From IMG/VR virus record IMGVR_UViG_3300027708_000013: a stretch of 64,000 bases of DNA; one strand, given 5' to 3'. The notes under the pieces are model-generated. The model was not told the DNA's origin and searched no databases. It saw nothing but the letters and a program-made list of their open reading frames with translations. The position numbers and the translations under genes are program-made. This document shows, one piece after another, positions 27,153-37,124 of the stretch (positions are counted from its first letter, which is position 1; each line of letters begins with the position of its first letter). This DNA is from a virus. Taxonomy: Duplodnaviria > Caudoviricetes.

Positions 27153-28325
27153 TTATTGAAAACTAAGGTTCGAAATCGATATTTCTGAAAGGTAATCACC
27201 AGCATTACCTAAAGAACTCGAAGTATTCGTGAGCTCGACGTAGCCATATCTTGTCATAAAGCCAACTACTGGTTCAAAAGTAGCTGGATCTAAAACAACG
27301 CCTGAACTCATCAAAGGAATATATGGGCAATAGAACGCAGCTGCATCAGCTTCGCTTGAACCCTTATATCCAACCAATACTGCTGTTGAATCGTTTGCAT
27401 AACTGTCTACATAGATACGCATTGCGCCATTCAATGTACCAACAAACTTGGTGTTTGTAGGAGCTTCAAATGTACCTTCTGTTGTTCTAGCAAATGCACT
27501 TGTTGTAGCACTTTGCAACACTGTCAAAGCAGCCGGACTTACAACTGCCCAGTTACCAGCGCCACGACGTGTACGTTGAGCAATCAAGTTTGCACTACGA
27601 TTGACCAACACTGCCAAAGCAGCATGCTCATCACCAACAAATGTTGCTGTACCTGAAACGCTGGACTGATCATATGCATAATCAACTGCACCCAAGCTAC
27701 GTAAACTACCGAGGATTTCTTGATCGATTTCCACAGTGATTTCTTGTGCCAATGCTGCCATGATTTCTGCTTCTACATCTAAACCATGCATGCTTTGTGC
27801 GTCTTGAGCCGCTTCAAATGTCCAACGAGCTGACAACTTACGTGTCTTGGCTTCTACTACCTGTTTCAAGATTTGAACGTTGATTCTGTTACCTGCTACA
27901 CCTTCCAGTGCTGATGTGGTTCTTGCGAAACCATCAGTTGCGCCTGAATATGCAGTTGCAATCTTGAATGGTGATAATGCTTCGTCACCAGCCACAGTAC
28001 CTGTTGCACCACCTGTGGCTGTTACACCGTCAGCGTAACGCACACGTAAGGTATGGATCTGTGCTACTGGACCTGTCATTGGCTGAACACCAACGATTTC
28101 GTTTGCAATAACTGTAGGCATAACACGACGAATAACTGGCAGAATCACACGATTAAGTGTAGCCACGTTACTGGAGCCTGTTGCACCTGCTGTTGCAGTT
28201 TCCATCAAGTTTTTGCGAGTGTTTTCCAAAATTACACCCATTGTAGTTCTTTTACTTCCGTTTAAGCCTTCAAGCAGAGCGTCTTTGGTTTCGCCCCAAC
28301 GGCTTTCTAATAATGCTTGTGTCAT
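27153..28325 (-). CDS. gp23: Major capsid protein
   Basis: VRRVMPTVIANEIVGVQPMTGPVAQIHTLR, EAKTRKLSARWTFEAAQD, EIDQEIL, FYCPYIPL, TRYG motifs. Confidence 0.97.
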   Translation of the reverse strand: MTQALLESRWGETKDALLEGLNGSKRTTMGVILENTRKNLMETATAGATGSSNVATLNRVILPVIRRVMPTVIANEIVGVQPMTGPVAQIHTLRVRYADGVTATGGATGTVAGDEALSPFKIATAYSGATDGFARTTSALEGVAGNRINVQILKQVVEAKTRKLSARWTFEAAQDAQSMHGLDVEAEIMAALAQEITVEIDQEILGSLRSLGAVDYAYDQSSVSGTATFVGDEHAALAVLVNRSANLIAQRTRRGAGNWAVVSPAALTVLQSATTSAFARTTEGTFEAPTNTKFVGTLNGAMRIYVDSYANDSTAVLVGYKGSSEADAAAFYCPYIPLMSSGVVLDPATFEPVVGFMTRYGYVELTNTSSSLGNAGDYLSEISISNLSFQ

Positions 28326-28351
28326 TTCTTTTTCTCCTATTTAGGGTTAAG

Positions 28352-29455
28352 TCACTTTAGCCCTGCCAAACGCTTTAACTCAACCACGTTGGTTCCAACA
28401 TAGTTTTCCACGTTTTTAGCAGTTTTATCACCAGTTACTACTTGACGACTCTCAGTTAAAACAGTTTGCTTTTCAGCAACTGGCTTAACAGAACTGTTGT
28501 TAAGTACAGCTGGTAGATACTTATCAAATGCCGACTGTAACTTATCGGTCTGCACTGATTCGAGTAGTTCACTCATTACTGAGGCTTTCTCTTTGTTTAA
28601 CGGTTTCAACAATTTTGCAAATGTTTCTTTGCGTTCTGCTGATTCCCGAATAATTTTAATTTCACGTTCTTTTGATTCAACCAACACTGACTTTTCTTCA
28701 GCTACATGACGAGCTTCAGCAACAGCTTGTTTCTGCTGTTTGATTGTAGCTTGTAATCGAGCAATTTCTTTGTTCTCATTCAAATGAGTAACAGCAAATT
28801 CACTAGCAAAAGCTTCGAATAATCGACGACCAAACATGTTCTCGCGAGCAAGTTGGATGTCTTCTTTGAGTTGAGTCATTTCTGTCTCTAGTTTTTCAGT
28901 AACTGATTCTTTAACAAGTTCTGCACTGCGTTGTACAAAAGTCTTTTGTAACTCGGCTAATTTTTCTTTAGCTCCGGCTACCAATGCAACTTTGGTTTCA
29001 ACTAAGGCACGTTTGTCTTGTTCAAACTCTTGAATTTCTTCGGCCAGTGCTTTGATTACAAATGATTCGAGTTGAGCAATGCTGTTCTCGTATGTTTTGC
29101 GATCTGCACGTAGTTCTTGAATTTCTTCAGCAAGTTTAGTAACCATGAAGTTATCAAATTTGCCTGCTGATTCCACCATGCGTGAGTTAAACTTTGCACG
29201 GTCTTCAGCTAGAGCTTGTTTTTCTGCTTGGAACTCTGTGAGTTCTGCAGTTAGGGATTCAGTAACCATTTTGTCTAGAGCTTCAACCATAACACCTTTA
29301 TCGTGTTCGTAACGACCAGCAAATTCTTCACGCAGTTCTGCACGTACCTGCTCACGTGCTTCAACCAGTTTAGTTTCCCAAGCTTCGTTGATGGCCTGCT
29401 GTGTAGATTCATTGATAATTCCGCTGTCCAATAATGTTTTGATAGCATCTAACAT
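28352..29455 (-). CDS. gp22: Prohead core scaffolding protein
   Basis: Coiled-coil, Glu/Lys-rich, between gp21 and gp23; GRRLFEAFASEF. Confidence 0.88.
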   Translation of the reverse strand: MLDAIKTLLDSGIINESTQQAINEAWETKLVEAREQVRAELREEFAGRYEHDKGVMVEALDKMVTESLTAELTEFQAEKQALAEDRAKFNSRMVESAGKFDNFMVTKLAEEIQELRADRKTYENSIAQLESFVIKALAEEIQEFEQDKRALVETKVALVAGAKEKLAELQKTFVQRSAELVKESVTEKLETEMTQLKEDIQLARENMFGRRLFEAFASEFAVTHLNENKEIARLQATIKQQKQAVAEARHVAEEKSVLVESKEREIKIIRESAERKETFAKLLKPLNKEKASVMSELLESVQTDKLQSAFDKYLPAVLNNSSVKPVAEKQTVLTESRQVVTGDKTAKNVENYVGTNVVELKRLAGLK

Positions 29456-29465
29456 TGGATATCTC

Positions 29466-30110
29466 CTATAATTTTAAATCTTTAATAAGGCCTACCACTG
29501 CCTCTTTTAGGTACTTCTGTACTCTTTGATCAGTGCTGGCATCACGTGCCATCTCAAATACTTGTTGACCGCCCTTCATATTCATCAAGCCCTCATAGAT
29601 TGCTTTGGGATATGCGTTTGGTGCACTGGGTTGTGCTACTATGTCTACAGTAACGATTTCAAAATCGCTAACGTGTCCACTTCCTTCATTTACCTGACCC
29701 GATCCTCTGCTGCTGACTCCCAGTTTGACGCCGCTTGTCAACATAGCTTCTACTATTTGTCCCATTGGGGTAGGTAATACTTTTAATTTTCCATAACCTG
29801 TGGCGCCGTCCATCCACATTTTAGTGATCATATGGCTCACACGGTCTAGACCAATTTTTAAGTCTTCTGGGTGATCTACTTCGCCCAAAACACTATAGCC
29901 ACCTTTGATTTGATCGTTGATGGCAGAAACAGCACGTTCAATTTCGTGTACAGGATAAACACGTTGGTTGGCGTTTTTGACACCACCTTGAATGAATATC
30001 CCTTCCATATAGAAATGTTTTTTTCCATTTCCGTCTGGACCATCGGACTCCGACAACACCTTGATTTCGGCATTGTCAAAAGTCAAATGTTCTTTTAAAA
30101 TTTTAGACAT
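29466..30110 (-). CDS. gp21: Prohead core protease
   Basis: GIFIQGGVKNANQRVYP, LGEVDHP, VSHMIT, LGVSSRGSG, TVDIVAQPSAPNAY. Confidence 0.96.
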   Translation of the reverse strand: MSKILKEHLTFDNAEIKVLSESDGPDGNGKKHFYMEGIFIQGGVKNANQRVYPVHEIERAVSAINDQIKGGYSVLGEVDHPEDLKIGLDRVSHMITKMWMDGATGYGKLKVLPTPMGQIVEAMLTSGVKLGVSSRGSGQVNEGSGHVSDFEIVTVDIVAQPSAPNAYPKAIYEGLMNMKGGQQVFEMARDASTDQRVQKYLKEAVVGLIKDLKL

Positions 30111-30134
30111 ACTGTCGCCCGGTTCAAGTACGAA

Positions 30135-31127
30135 TTAACGTACTCGGCCTCCAATTTCAGATTTTGGGTTGATTGAACCGCCCATGGTCTCTTTTGCGCC
30201 GGCTTGTTTGCCTGACTCAGTGCCTTTTTTCTCAGCTCCGTGACCTTCTGCTGGAGCTTTTTGGTTCCAGGGCTTGTTACCACCCTGTTGATTTTTGTAG
30301 CCACCGTCTTTGGAAGCTAAAGGCTGTGTTGTTTCGCCTTTGGTGTATGCATTCTTTGGCTTGGGAATTGGCTTGCCGTCGGCAGCGTTTTCTGATCCAC
30401 CACGTGCAATGTTGTCGGTTGTTTCACCATCAAACTTGCCTAGATCCTTGTTACGCACTACACCTTTGTTGTTGATTGTGGGCTTAGAATCACCATCAGT
30501 GGCTGTACCTTTGCCAACTACTGAACCTTTTTCACTGGTCATGTTGGGATTGTAGATTTCGCCAATCTTGTTAACGTATTCTTTCATGATTTCTACATCA
30601 CTTAATTTACGTGTGCGTGATTCAAATGGTTTCTTGCTCATGTCGGACTCTTCTGCATCATGATCCATCTCTGGCTCTTCTTTGTCAAAGTCACTATCCA
30701 TCTCTGGCTCTTCGTGGTCCATGTCATCCATGTCGCCCATGTCATCGTTGCCACCTAACATGTCTTTGAGTTCTGCCAATTGTGCTTCGAGATCATCAAT
30801 TTTACTGACAATTTCTGTGTGGTCGTCGTGTTCGCCTGGCTCGCCAAATGTTTCGTCTTCTGCGTCATCGAACTCATCGTCGCCGCCGTCTAATTCAATT
30901 TCGCCCATTTCTTCGTCGTCTTCGCCAAGTCCATGTTCTTGAGCTGCATCATCTTGTTGATGCATGTCTTGTACAAATCCTTGAGCAGGTGATCCGCCCA
31001 TTTCTTCGTCCATTAAACTCTCATAAATGTCGCGTGATTTCTCAACTACAATTTTATGGAATAATGCTTTAGCTGCTGCTTCGTCATCGTTGATAATGTG
31101 TTCTATCAACTGTTCGTATCGGTTCAT
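30135..31127 (-). CDS. Acidic prohead core protein (gp67-like position)
   Basis: Very Asp/Glu-rich centre, located between portal and protease; TAAATA at 31173-31178. Confidence 0.7.
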   Translation of the reverse strand: MNRYEQLIEHIINDDEAAAKALFHKIVVEKSRDIYESLMDEEMGGSPAQGFVQDMHQQDDAAQEHGLGEDDEEMGEIELDGGDDEFDDAEDETFGEPGEHDDHTEIVSKIDDLEAQLAELKDMLGGNDDMGDMDDMDHEEPEMDSDFDKEEPEMDHDAEESDMSKKPFESRTRKLSDVEIMKEYVNKIGEIYNPNMTSEKGSVVGKGTATDGDSKPTINNKGVVRNKDLGKFDGETTDNIARGGSENAADGKPIPKPKNAYTKGETTQPLASKDGGYKNQQGGNKPWNQKAPAEGHGAEKKGTESGKQAGAKETMGGSINPKSEIGGRVR

Positions 31128-31247
31128 GTAATTCTCCTTTAAATTAGCCGTGTTTTATTAAGCTATATAATATATTTAATGATTTTGATAATATCGGGGG
31201 TTAAACAGGTGTTTTTTGAGGTATTTTTATAAACTGCTATAAAAACA

Positions 31248-31472
31248 CTACATCATTCCGCCTTCAGCGGGTGCGGCAGCATACTGAACTTTGGTTTGTT
31301 TCATCTTTTCTTCAAACTCTACTTTGCGAACATCCGACGCCATTCTTAGACGATTCAAGTGATTTAGTGTCAATCTTGTTTTTCTAAGATCATTGAGATG
31401 CTGGACACTGCGGTCGTCTTTTTCAATTTCTCTGCCGGGAACAGCATCATCGTACATTTCATTTAGGAACAT
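31248..31472 (-). CDS. Small prohead core protein (gp68-like position)
   Basis: 74 aa MFLNEM...RKTRLTLNHLNRLR; TAAATA 7 nt before the ATG. Confidence 0.65.
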   Translation of the reverse strand: MFLNEMYDDAVPGREIEKDDRSVQHLNDLRKTRLTLNHLNRLRMASDVRKVEFEEKMKQTKVQYAAAPAEGGMM

Positions 31473-31495
31473 AGTAAAGTATTTACCAAAAAGTC

Positions 31496-33220
31496 TTAAG
31501 CAACGCCGGGTGCAGATGCTGCTAGTCCGGGTCCACCTGTGGGAGTACCCGCTCCGGGTGCGGCGCCAGCTTCGGCTCCGGGTGCGGGTGCTTCACCGCC
31601 TTCGGGCGGCGGTGCTAGATTTTCCAAGTCACTGGCAATGCCACCGGCACTGATGCCTGCGGCTCGCATTGAACTTTGTCCTGCTGCAGGAGCTTCGGCT
31701 TCGCCTTTTTCCTCTCGCCACATGATTTCGTTTTCGCTCATTTCCATTTCGGTCAAGCCTAGATAACGCTTCATTAAGAAACGTTTGCTGAGATAGGGGA
31801 TCTGTTCCAACTGTGTAAATGTGGCAATTTTAGCACTGTCAATGTCGGCTTGACGATACTGTGCAAAGTTTTGTGGCTCGTTAAACATCAAATCAAACAG
31901 TTGTCCGTCGATATTGATGCCACGCCACTTCATGAACATTTTAAATTCTTTGTCTAGTCTATCCACAATCATGGCCTGCAGTCGCATACAGTACTGGTTG
32001 AATCTCCATTCCTGAATCAGGGCCACTCCAGTTTTGCCGTCGCTGAAACTGCTGCCGCCGTTGTCATCTCCTGTGGGGTGTGGCAAATAGCTTGAAGGAA
32101 TACGTAGGCCGCGGAATAATTTATTGGTAAAGAAGCGTAGGTCTGTGATTTCACCTAGGTTCTGTCCACCCGGCAGTATTTCTACACTGGAGCCACGCCC
32201 ATCTGCTGTTTGTGGGAAGAAGAAATCCTCATTTGTGCTGAGAGGGTTATACGTAGCATCCATCATGTTTTGACCACTGGCACTCTGTGTGGGGATTCTA
32301 CGCTGGCTTATCTCGTTTTTAACACGTTCAATAAAAGCCATGGCCATGTGTGTGGGCATGTTGCCCACGTCAATTTTAAACATTCTACGTTCCGGAGCAC
32401 GTTGCACACGATAGATAATGATACTATCTTCCAGTAATTCTTTTTGTTTGAACACTTTGAAAATGTTTTCCAGCACACTATTACCAAACGGCCAAAACAC
32501 ATCCAAGCCCTCGGTCAAACTTAGATGTACTATGTGTTCTGCATCCACCACTGCTTCGTTCTGTGCATGGCTGAATCTTGAACCACCCGAATAAGGTGTT
32601 CTTGGTTGTACATAAGCACCACTGGCTCCGCCCACCTGTGGGTGATTGGTAAATGTGTCTGATGTTGTCACTGCTGTCACAGTGAGATTTCGAAAGTTGG
32701 GGTTGATGTCTTTGACCACATACTGCTCGGGTTTTTTGCCCTCGCTCTCGTTCACAATCACTTTGGTGACTTTTGACATTTCTGTCCAAAACAATTTAAA
32801 TGTCTCGGGGTCACGTATAAACACTTGATCACCGTACTTGATGGTATTGCGTACAATTTTAAAGATACGTTTGTTTAATTCGTTGAGATTGACCCACTGT
32901 TGCAGTTGTTCTTTGATGATTTTAACTTCGTTGTCTGTGGGCTTTTCGTGAAAGTGTATGTCAAATGCTGTGAGGTTTTCGTCGTTTTTTTGTGTGCAGA
33001 ACTCGGCCAAGATGTCTAAGGCTGCATTGACTTCCGAGTCCATGTCCATTTGCTCGTACTGATTATAACGCTCAATACGGTTTGGGTGTCCAATATAAAC
33101 TTCGGGTAAGTTACTGCCAAACTTGGTGTGTCCGGGAGCAGCCATTGCGGAAGTGCCACTGCCTATAGGGCTTGTAGCTCCAGGTATGTTACTGGTCTTA
33201 AAATATTTTCGCCATGCCAT
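31496..33220 (-). CDS. gp20: Portal vertex protein
   Basis: LLEDSIIIYRVQRAPERRMFKIDVGNMP, EDFFFPQ...GRGSSVEILPGGQNLGEITDLRFF; TAAATA at 33242-33247. Confidence 0.97.
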   Translation of the reverse strand: MAWRKYFKTSNIPGATSPIGSGTSAMAAPGHTKFGSNLPEVYIGHPNRIERYNQYEQMDMDSEVNAALDILAEFCTQKNDENLTAFDIHFHEKPTDNEVKIIKEQLQQWVNLNELNKRIFKIVRNTIKYGDQVFIRDPETFKLFWTEMSKVTKVIVNESEGKKPEQYVVKDINPNFRNLTVTAVTTSDTFTNHPQVGGASGAYVQPRTPYSGGSRFSHAQNEAVVDAEHIVHLSLTEGLDVFWPFGNSVLENIFKVFKQKELLEDSIIIYRVQRAPERRMFKIDVGNMPTHMAMAFIERVKNEISQRRIPTQSASGQNMMDATYNPLSTNEDFFFPQTADGRGSSVEILPGGQNLGEITDLRFFTNKLFRGLRIPSSYLPHPTGDDNGGSSFSDGKTGVALIQEWRFNQYCMRLQAMIVDRLDKEFKMFMKWRGINIDGQLFDLMFNEPQNFAQYRQADIDSAKIATFTQLEQIPYLSKRFLMKRYLGLTEMEMSENEIMWREEKGEAEAPAAGQSSMRAAGISAGGIASDLENLAPPPEGGEAPAPGAEAGAAPGAGTPTGGPGLAASAPGVA

Positions 33221-33258
33221 TGTGAATTGTCCTCTATGCTGTATTTAGCGTATTATGT

Positions 33259-33313
33259 ACTAGCATAAAGAAGTTTTTGTGCTAGTAACTAGCATAAAGC
33301 TGTTTTTGTGCTA
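33259..33313. repeat. Two 26-bp imperfect palindromic direct repeats (29-bp period)
   Basis: actagcataaagaagtttttgtgcta (33259-33284) and actagcataaagctgtttttgtgcta (33288-33313). Confidence 0.85.
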
Positions 33314-35540
33314 TGTCTTTGTGGTCACGCAACTGCATTATCATTTCTTGCTGTTGTTCAAGCTGGCGCTCGACCAAGTCAACTAATCTATCCATACTTG
33401 ATCTTGATGCATCTCCGTATGCTCCCGCTAGCAGGCCTTTTAGTGTGCCCTTCAAAGTGTCGGCTTCGGCTAAATCTTCCTTTGATCCCAGTTTTTCAAC
33501 TTTCTCAGTGCCGTGCAACATGGCCAAATAGCCACTTGATGGACCCGATACTACACCACCACCATCAAGATGCGGAATACTGCTGAAGTAGTCTGTATCG
33601 TTGTGTTGCATATTTGCTGTACCGGCGTCGTTGAGATTTGCATTGGCTTTGCGTTGGCTTTCGGTCATTCCTATTTGAAAGAATTTTTGAAAAAAACCGG
33701 CACCTGCGAATTCTTTATCGTAGTTGTTTTTAGCCTCGGACATTCGTGCTTTGTTTTCTGCATCGCCGGGTTTTGCTGTAAGACTTGCCACATCAAACCC
33801 ACTGTTGATAAATTTAATGGCTTTGTCAAATGCTTCTGCAGTTGCGTCTGCTGTTCTTTTTAATACTTCTCCGTACTCTTCTAAATGCTCTCCAGCCAGT
33901 TCTTCCATTCGTACTGCATTGTCCTGCATTGTTTTTGTTATACTTGCAAAATTTGATTCAAGACTGTTGGCACTTGCAGCCAATTTGGCCTGTGCATCCG
34001 ATGCATCCTTAGATGCTTGCGTTGTACCTTCTTCAAGTTTGGCACCTGCCATTATTAATGAATTGTTAAGTGTGCTCACAGCTTGCAATTGACCATCGCC
34101 ACTGAGCCTTCCGGCCATAGCAAGTGTTCTTGTATCTTCTAAATGTTCTCTAGCATACTTTCCTGTCTGCTCAGTTAGTTTTCCGGACTCGATTAGTGCA
34201 TCTTGTTGTTTTTTGTTTGCATCACCCAGCGTTTCGTACTGCTGGCGATACTGTTCCATAATTTTAGGATTTTGTGTAATGGCCACGTTGGTTGCTGCAT
34301 CGGCAATAGCAGTTCCGCCGGTACTAACAAACTCCATATAGCCCTTTTTCATAGCTTCCGGCATTGTAGCCAATTGTGCTTGTAATTTTTTTACAGCTTC
34401 GGGACCACCCTTGGCATAAGCTTCGGCCATTAAATCAGCTTCCATGGCTTGTGCCTTAGCTTTTTCCATTAATTTTTTAGCATCTTCACCAGTGATGTCG
34501 CTGATAATTTTTAAATTTTGTGCATATTCTCTAGCACCGCGGGCAAGTTCTGCAGGAGCAATATTCTTCAAATTTTCGCCAGCACTGCGTTGTTGTGCCA
34601 TGTACTGAGCCATAATTTCGCCCTGCTCTTGATAATTATAACCCAAGGCCAACATCTCGTTGCGTAAACTAGCACCACTCTTTCCTATAGTGTCCTTTGC
34701 AGACAACATGCCTTTGGCCAAAACTTTTACTGCATCGCCTTGGCTCAATCCCGATTCTCTCAGTTCTTGTCTAGAATTTTTTGCAGCATCTTGCAACAAT
34801 GTTAAACTCAAACCAGCATCGTTTGCTATTGTACGCATTTCCACCATACCGTTGGCAAAACTAGCACCTTGCTTGGTATACACGTCCAGTGCTGTGGCAG
34901 ACTTTTGAAACTCTTTGGCCATTACATCATTGGCTGTGTGTAGCACTGCGGCGGCTAGATCTGCTAGGCCTTTAGTGGCAGCGGCAGCGGCATCACCTAG
35001 CCCAGAAATTATAGGTCCAACGATTGGGATACCACCAAATGCATGTGCTACCCCTGCACTGGCATCCGCAACACCTTTTACAGCAGTGTTGGCCATGTCA
35101 ATAAAGGTGTTTACCTGTCCAGCAGCGGCTCCTATAGGGTTTTTGGCCATCTCATCATAAGAGGTGGCCATTTGTACTCCAAGGCTGAGAACACTTTTGC
35201 CCAAGCTGCCTATGGTTCCGGTTATGGCACTGACTGCTTGTACGCCACCCAGTAACGCCCGTTCAAACTTCAGTTGCGACAAAGCCACTTCACGTTCAGA
35301 GGCCAGTGCTTTTTTCTGTTCTTTGGTAAGTCCTTCTAGGGATTTTTCATATTCATCGGCAGCCTTCTTTTGACTTTGGTAATCTTTTACCATGTTTTTA
35401 AAGATGCCTTGAGATGGATCCTGCTGTTTCTTGGTGGTTTTGTCCATCACCGCAAGAATTTTAAGCATGGTTTCCTCTGAAGCAGCATTAGAAGCCACTA
35501 CTTCGCCGATACCGGGTATGTTAATTTTTACATCTGCCAT
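33282..35540 (-). CDS. Tape-measure-like protein
   Basis: 752 aa, Ala-rich and helical; C-terminal HLDGGGVVSGPSSGYLAMLHGTE motif; divergent from gp26. Confidence 0.7.
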   Translation of the reverse strand: MADVKINIPGIGEVVASNAASEETMLKILAVMDKTTKKQQDPSQGIFKNMVKDYQSQKKAADEYEKSLEGLTKEQKKALASEREVALSQLKFERALLGGVQAVSAITGTIGSLGKSVLSLGVQMATSYDEMAKNPIGAAAGQVNTFIDMANTAVKGVADASAGVAHAFGGIPIVGPIISGLGDAAAAATKGLADLAAAVLHTANDVMAKEFQKSATALDVYTKQGASFANGMVEMRTIANDAGLSLTLLQDAAKNSRQELRESGLSQGDAVKVLAKGMLSAKDTIGKSGASLRNEMLALGYNYQEQGEIMAQYMAQQRSAGENLKNIAPAELARGAREYAQNLKIISDITGEDAKKLMEKAKAQAMEADLMAEAYAKGGPEAVKKLQAQLATMPEAMKKGYMEFVSTGGTAIADAATNVAITQNPKIMEQYRQQYETLGDANKKQQDALIESGKLTEQTGKYAREHLEDTRTLAMAGRLSGDGQLQAVSTLNNSLIMAGAKLEEGTTQASKDASDAQAKLAASANSLESNFASITKTMQDNAVRMEELAGEHLEEYGEVLKRTADATAEAFDKAIKFINSGFDVASLTAKPGDAENKARMSEAKNNYDKEFAGAGFFQKFFQIGMTESQRKANANLNDAGTANMQHNDTDYFSSIPHLDGGGVVSGPSSGYLAMLHGTEKVEKLGSKEDLAEADTLKGTLKGLLAGAYGDASRSSMDRLVDLVERQLEQQQEMIMQLRDHKDIAQKQLYASY

Positions 35541-35552
35541 AGTTTTTTACGA

Positions 35553-35576
35553 TAAATAGATTTATACATTTATTTA
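35553..35576. promoter_or_regulatory. Overlapping opposed late promoters (TAAATA on both strands)
   Basis: TAAATA on + at 35553-35558 (toward gp26) and on - at 35571-35576 (toward the tape measure gene). Confidence 0.6.
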
Positions 35577-35592
35577 TGGAGTTCAATCAACC

Positions 35593-36435
35593 ATGGCAAA
35601 CCCCGCTAACAATCCCTTATCCGGACATTTTAGACAACCAGCAATTTATTTAAAACTACCCAGTCGCGGACGTTTTTACCCCGACAACACTATAGACCTA
35701 CCGGTGACCGGGGAAATTCCCGTGTATCCTATGACTGTGCGTGACGAGTTAACAATGAAAACTCCAGATGCACTAATGAACGGGGAGGGAATAATCAATG
35801 TTATTAAAAGTTGCTGCCCAAACATTCGCGATCCGTGGACCATGCCAGCAGTGGATTTGGATCCCGTTTTTATTGCCATACGTTTGGCCAGCTACGGCAA
35901 GGGCATGGACATCAACTGCACCTGTGCTCACTGCCGGGTACAGGATGAATACACAGTGGATTTGACAGGCGTGCTGGATGGACTGGAAACAGCAGACTAT
36001 TCGTCTCCGGTTACTATTGATGGATTGCAATTTCATTTCCGCCCACAAACCTATCAAGATATAAATCAAGCAGGACTCATAACCTACGAAGAGCAGAGAT
36101 TGGTGGATTCAGTGATACTTAACGAGTCTTTGTCACAGGAAGAAAAAACAGCCCAATTCAACGCCAGCTTTGAAAAGTTGCGACAAATGAACATAGACTC
36201 AGTTGTTGTAAGCATCAACAGCATAGAAACCGAAACTGGAGTTGTAGTTAAAGATCGTGCTCAAATCACTGAGTTTTTAGATCAATGCAGCCGACAGGTT
36301 TACAATCAAATCAAGGACCACATACAGTCGCTAGTGGATACATTCAAAGTACAACCTTTGAAGATTGTGTGCAACAGTTGTCAAAAAGAATTTGAAAATA
36401 CTCTAACATTCAATCAATCAAATTTTTTCGAATGA
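35593..36435 (+). CDS. gp26: Baseplate hub assembly protein gp26-like
   Basis: RQPAIYLKLPSRG, PMTVRDELTMKTPDALMNGE, DLDPVFIAIRLASYG, two CxxC pairs. Confidence 0.88.
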   Translation: MANPANNPLSGHFRQPAIYLKLPSRGRFYPDNTIDLPVTGEIPVYPMTVRDELTMKTPDALMNGEGIINVIKSCCPNIRDPWTMPAVDLDPVFIAIRLASYGKGMDINCTCAHCRVQDEYTVDLTGVLDGLETADYSSPVTIDGLQFHFRPQTYQDINQAGLITYEEQRLVDSVILNESLSQEEKTAQFNASFEKLRQMNIDSVVVSINSIETETGVVVKDRAQITEFLDQCSRQVYNQIKDHIQSLVDTFKVQPLKIVCNSCQKEFENTLTFNQSNFFE

Positions 36436-36659
36436 GGCTTTTGACTCTAACCACTGAAGAAGTTTTCAAGTGGTTGGATCAAATGGAGCAGGAGTCAAAA
36501 GCCTTGAAAGCCGAGTTGTTTAGTTTTTGTTGGTACATGCGTGGCGGTCTCACTTACAGCGAAGCCATGGAACTGAGTACAGAAGAACGACAGTTGATAG
36601 CCAAACTGATAAAAGAAAACATGGAAGTCACAAACAAATCGGGTATGCCATTCTTTTGA
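36432..36659 (+). CDS. Baseplate hub assembly chaperone (gp51-like)
   Basis: WYMRGGLTYSEAMELSTEER motif; ATGA overlap with gp26. Confidence 0.65.
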   Translation: MRLLTLTTEEVFKWLDQMEQESKALKAELFSFCWYMRGGLTYSEAMELSTEERQLIAKLIKENMEVTNKSGMPFF

Positions 36660-36700
36660 TTTCTTCGAGCCTATCCTTTTGAGATTAGCAGAGCTAATCT

Positions 36701-36734
36701 ATTTCTTTCACTTCGTTCAGAAATCTTTTTTTTT
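36701..36734 (+). terminator. Probable intrinsic terminator for gp26-gp51
   Basis: ATTTCT...AGAAAT stem followed by a run of T; preceded by a perfect AGATTAGC/GCTAATCT hairpin. Confidence 0.55.
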
Positions 36735-36739
36735 ATTAT

Positions 36740-37124
36740 TAACGAAAGCAGTTTGCTTCCCGTTTCATCCAGATTCTTTGGTCACACTTTGCCCGCTCAA
36801 GGGCAAAAATGATCTGCTTCATCCGAGTTGAACCAGTCACTTAGCGTTAGAACTACGTACTTGCGTACACACAGGCGGTTGTCCGGTACCTGCTCGTTCT
36901 GTCTTTATACAACGGCGGCGGTTAAACATACGCTAACACATTTAACCACGTGTGGGCATTACCCACTCTTTTAGCCTGTTCCTACTACTTTTCAAACAAT
37001 CAAACCGGTTATAGGCATATCCGATCATGGTCCTGTCAAGGATACTGATTGAGTGCTCTTGACAGCAAGAGTCTTCCGTCCCCGTTATTATCCGGTTGTC
37101 ATAGGCACACGAGTTTAACCTGTG
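36740..37124 (-). ncRNA. Candidate large structured ncRNA directly downstream of the GIY-YIG gene
   Basis: No ORF in the track; at least 8 helices, a GCAA tetraloop and a 7-bp loop-to-downstream pseudoknot (see findings). Confidence 0.6.

Noticed and set aside
33282-35540. Membrane or toxin protein suggested by Ala/Gly-rich hydrophobic stretches
   Set aside because: Composition, C-terminal motif and position beside gp26 fit a tape-measure-like protein better.
36820-36840. tRNA or tmRNA suggested by GGTTCAACTC
   Set aside because: T-loop-like sequence lacks a 5-bp T stem, acceptor stem and CCA end.
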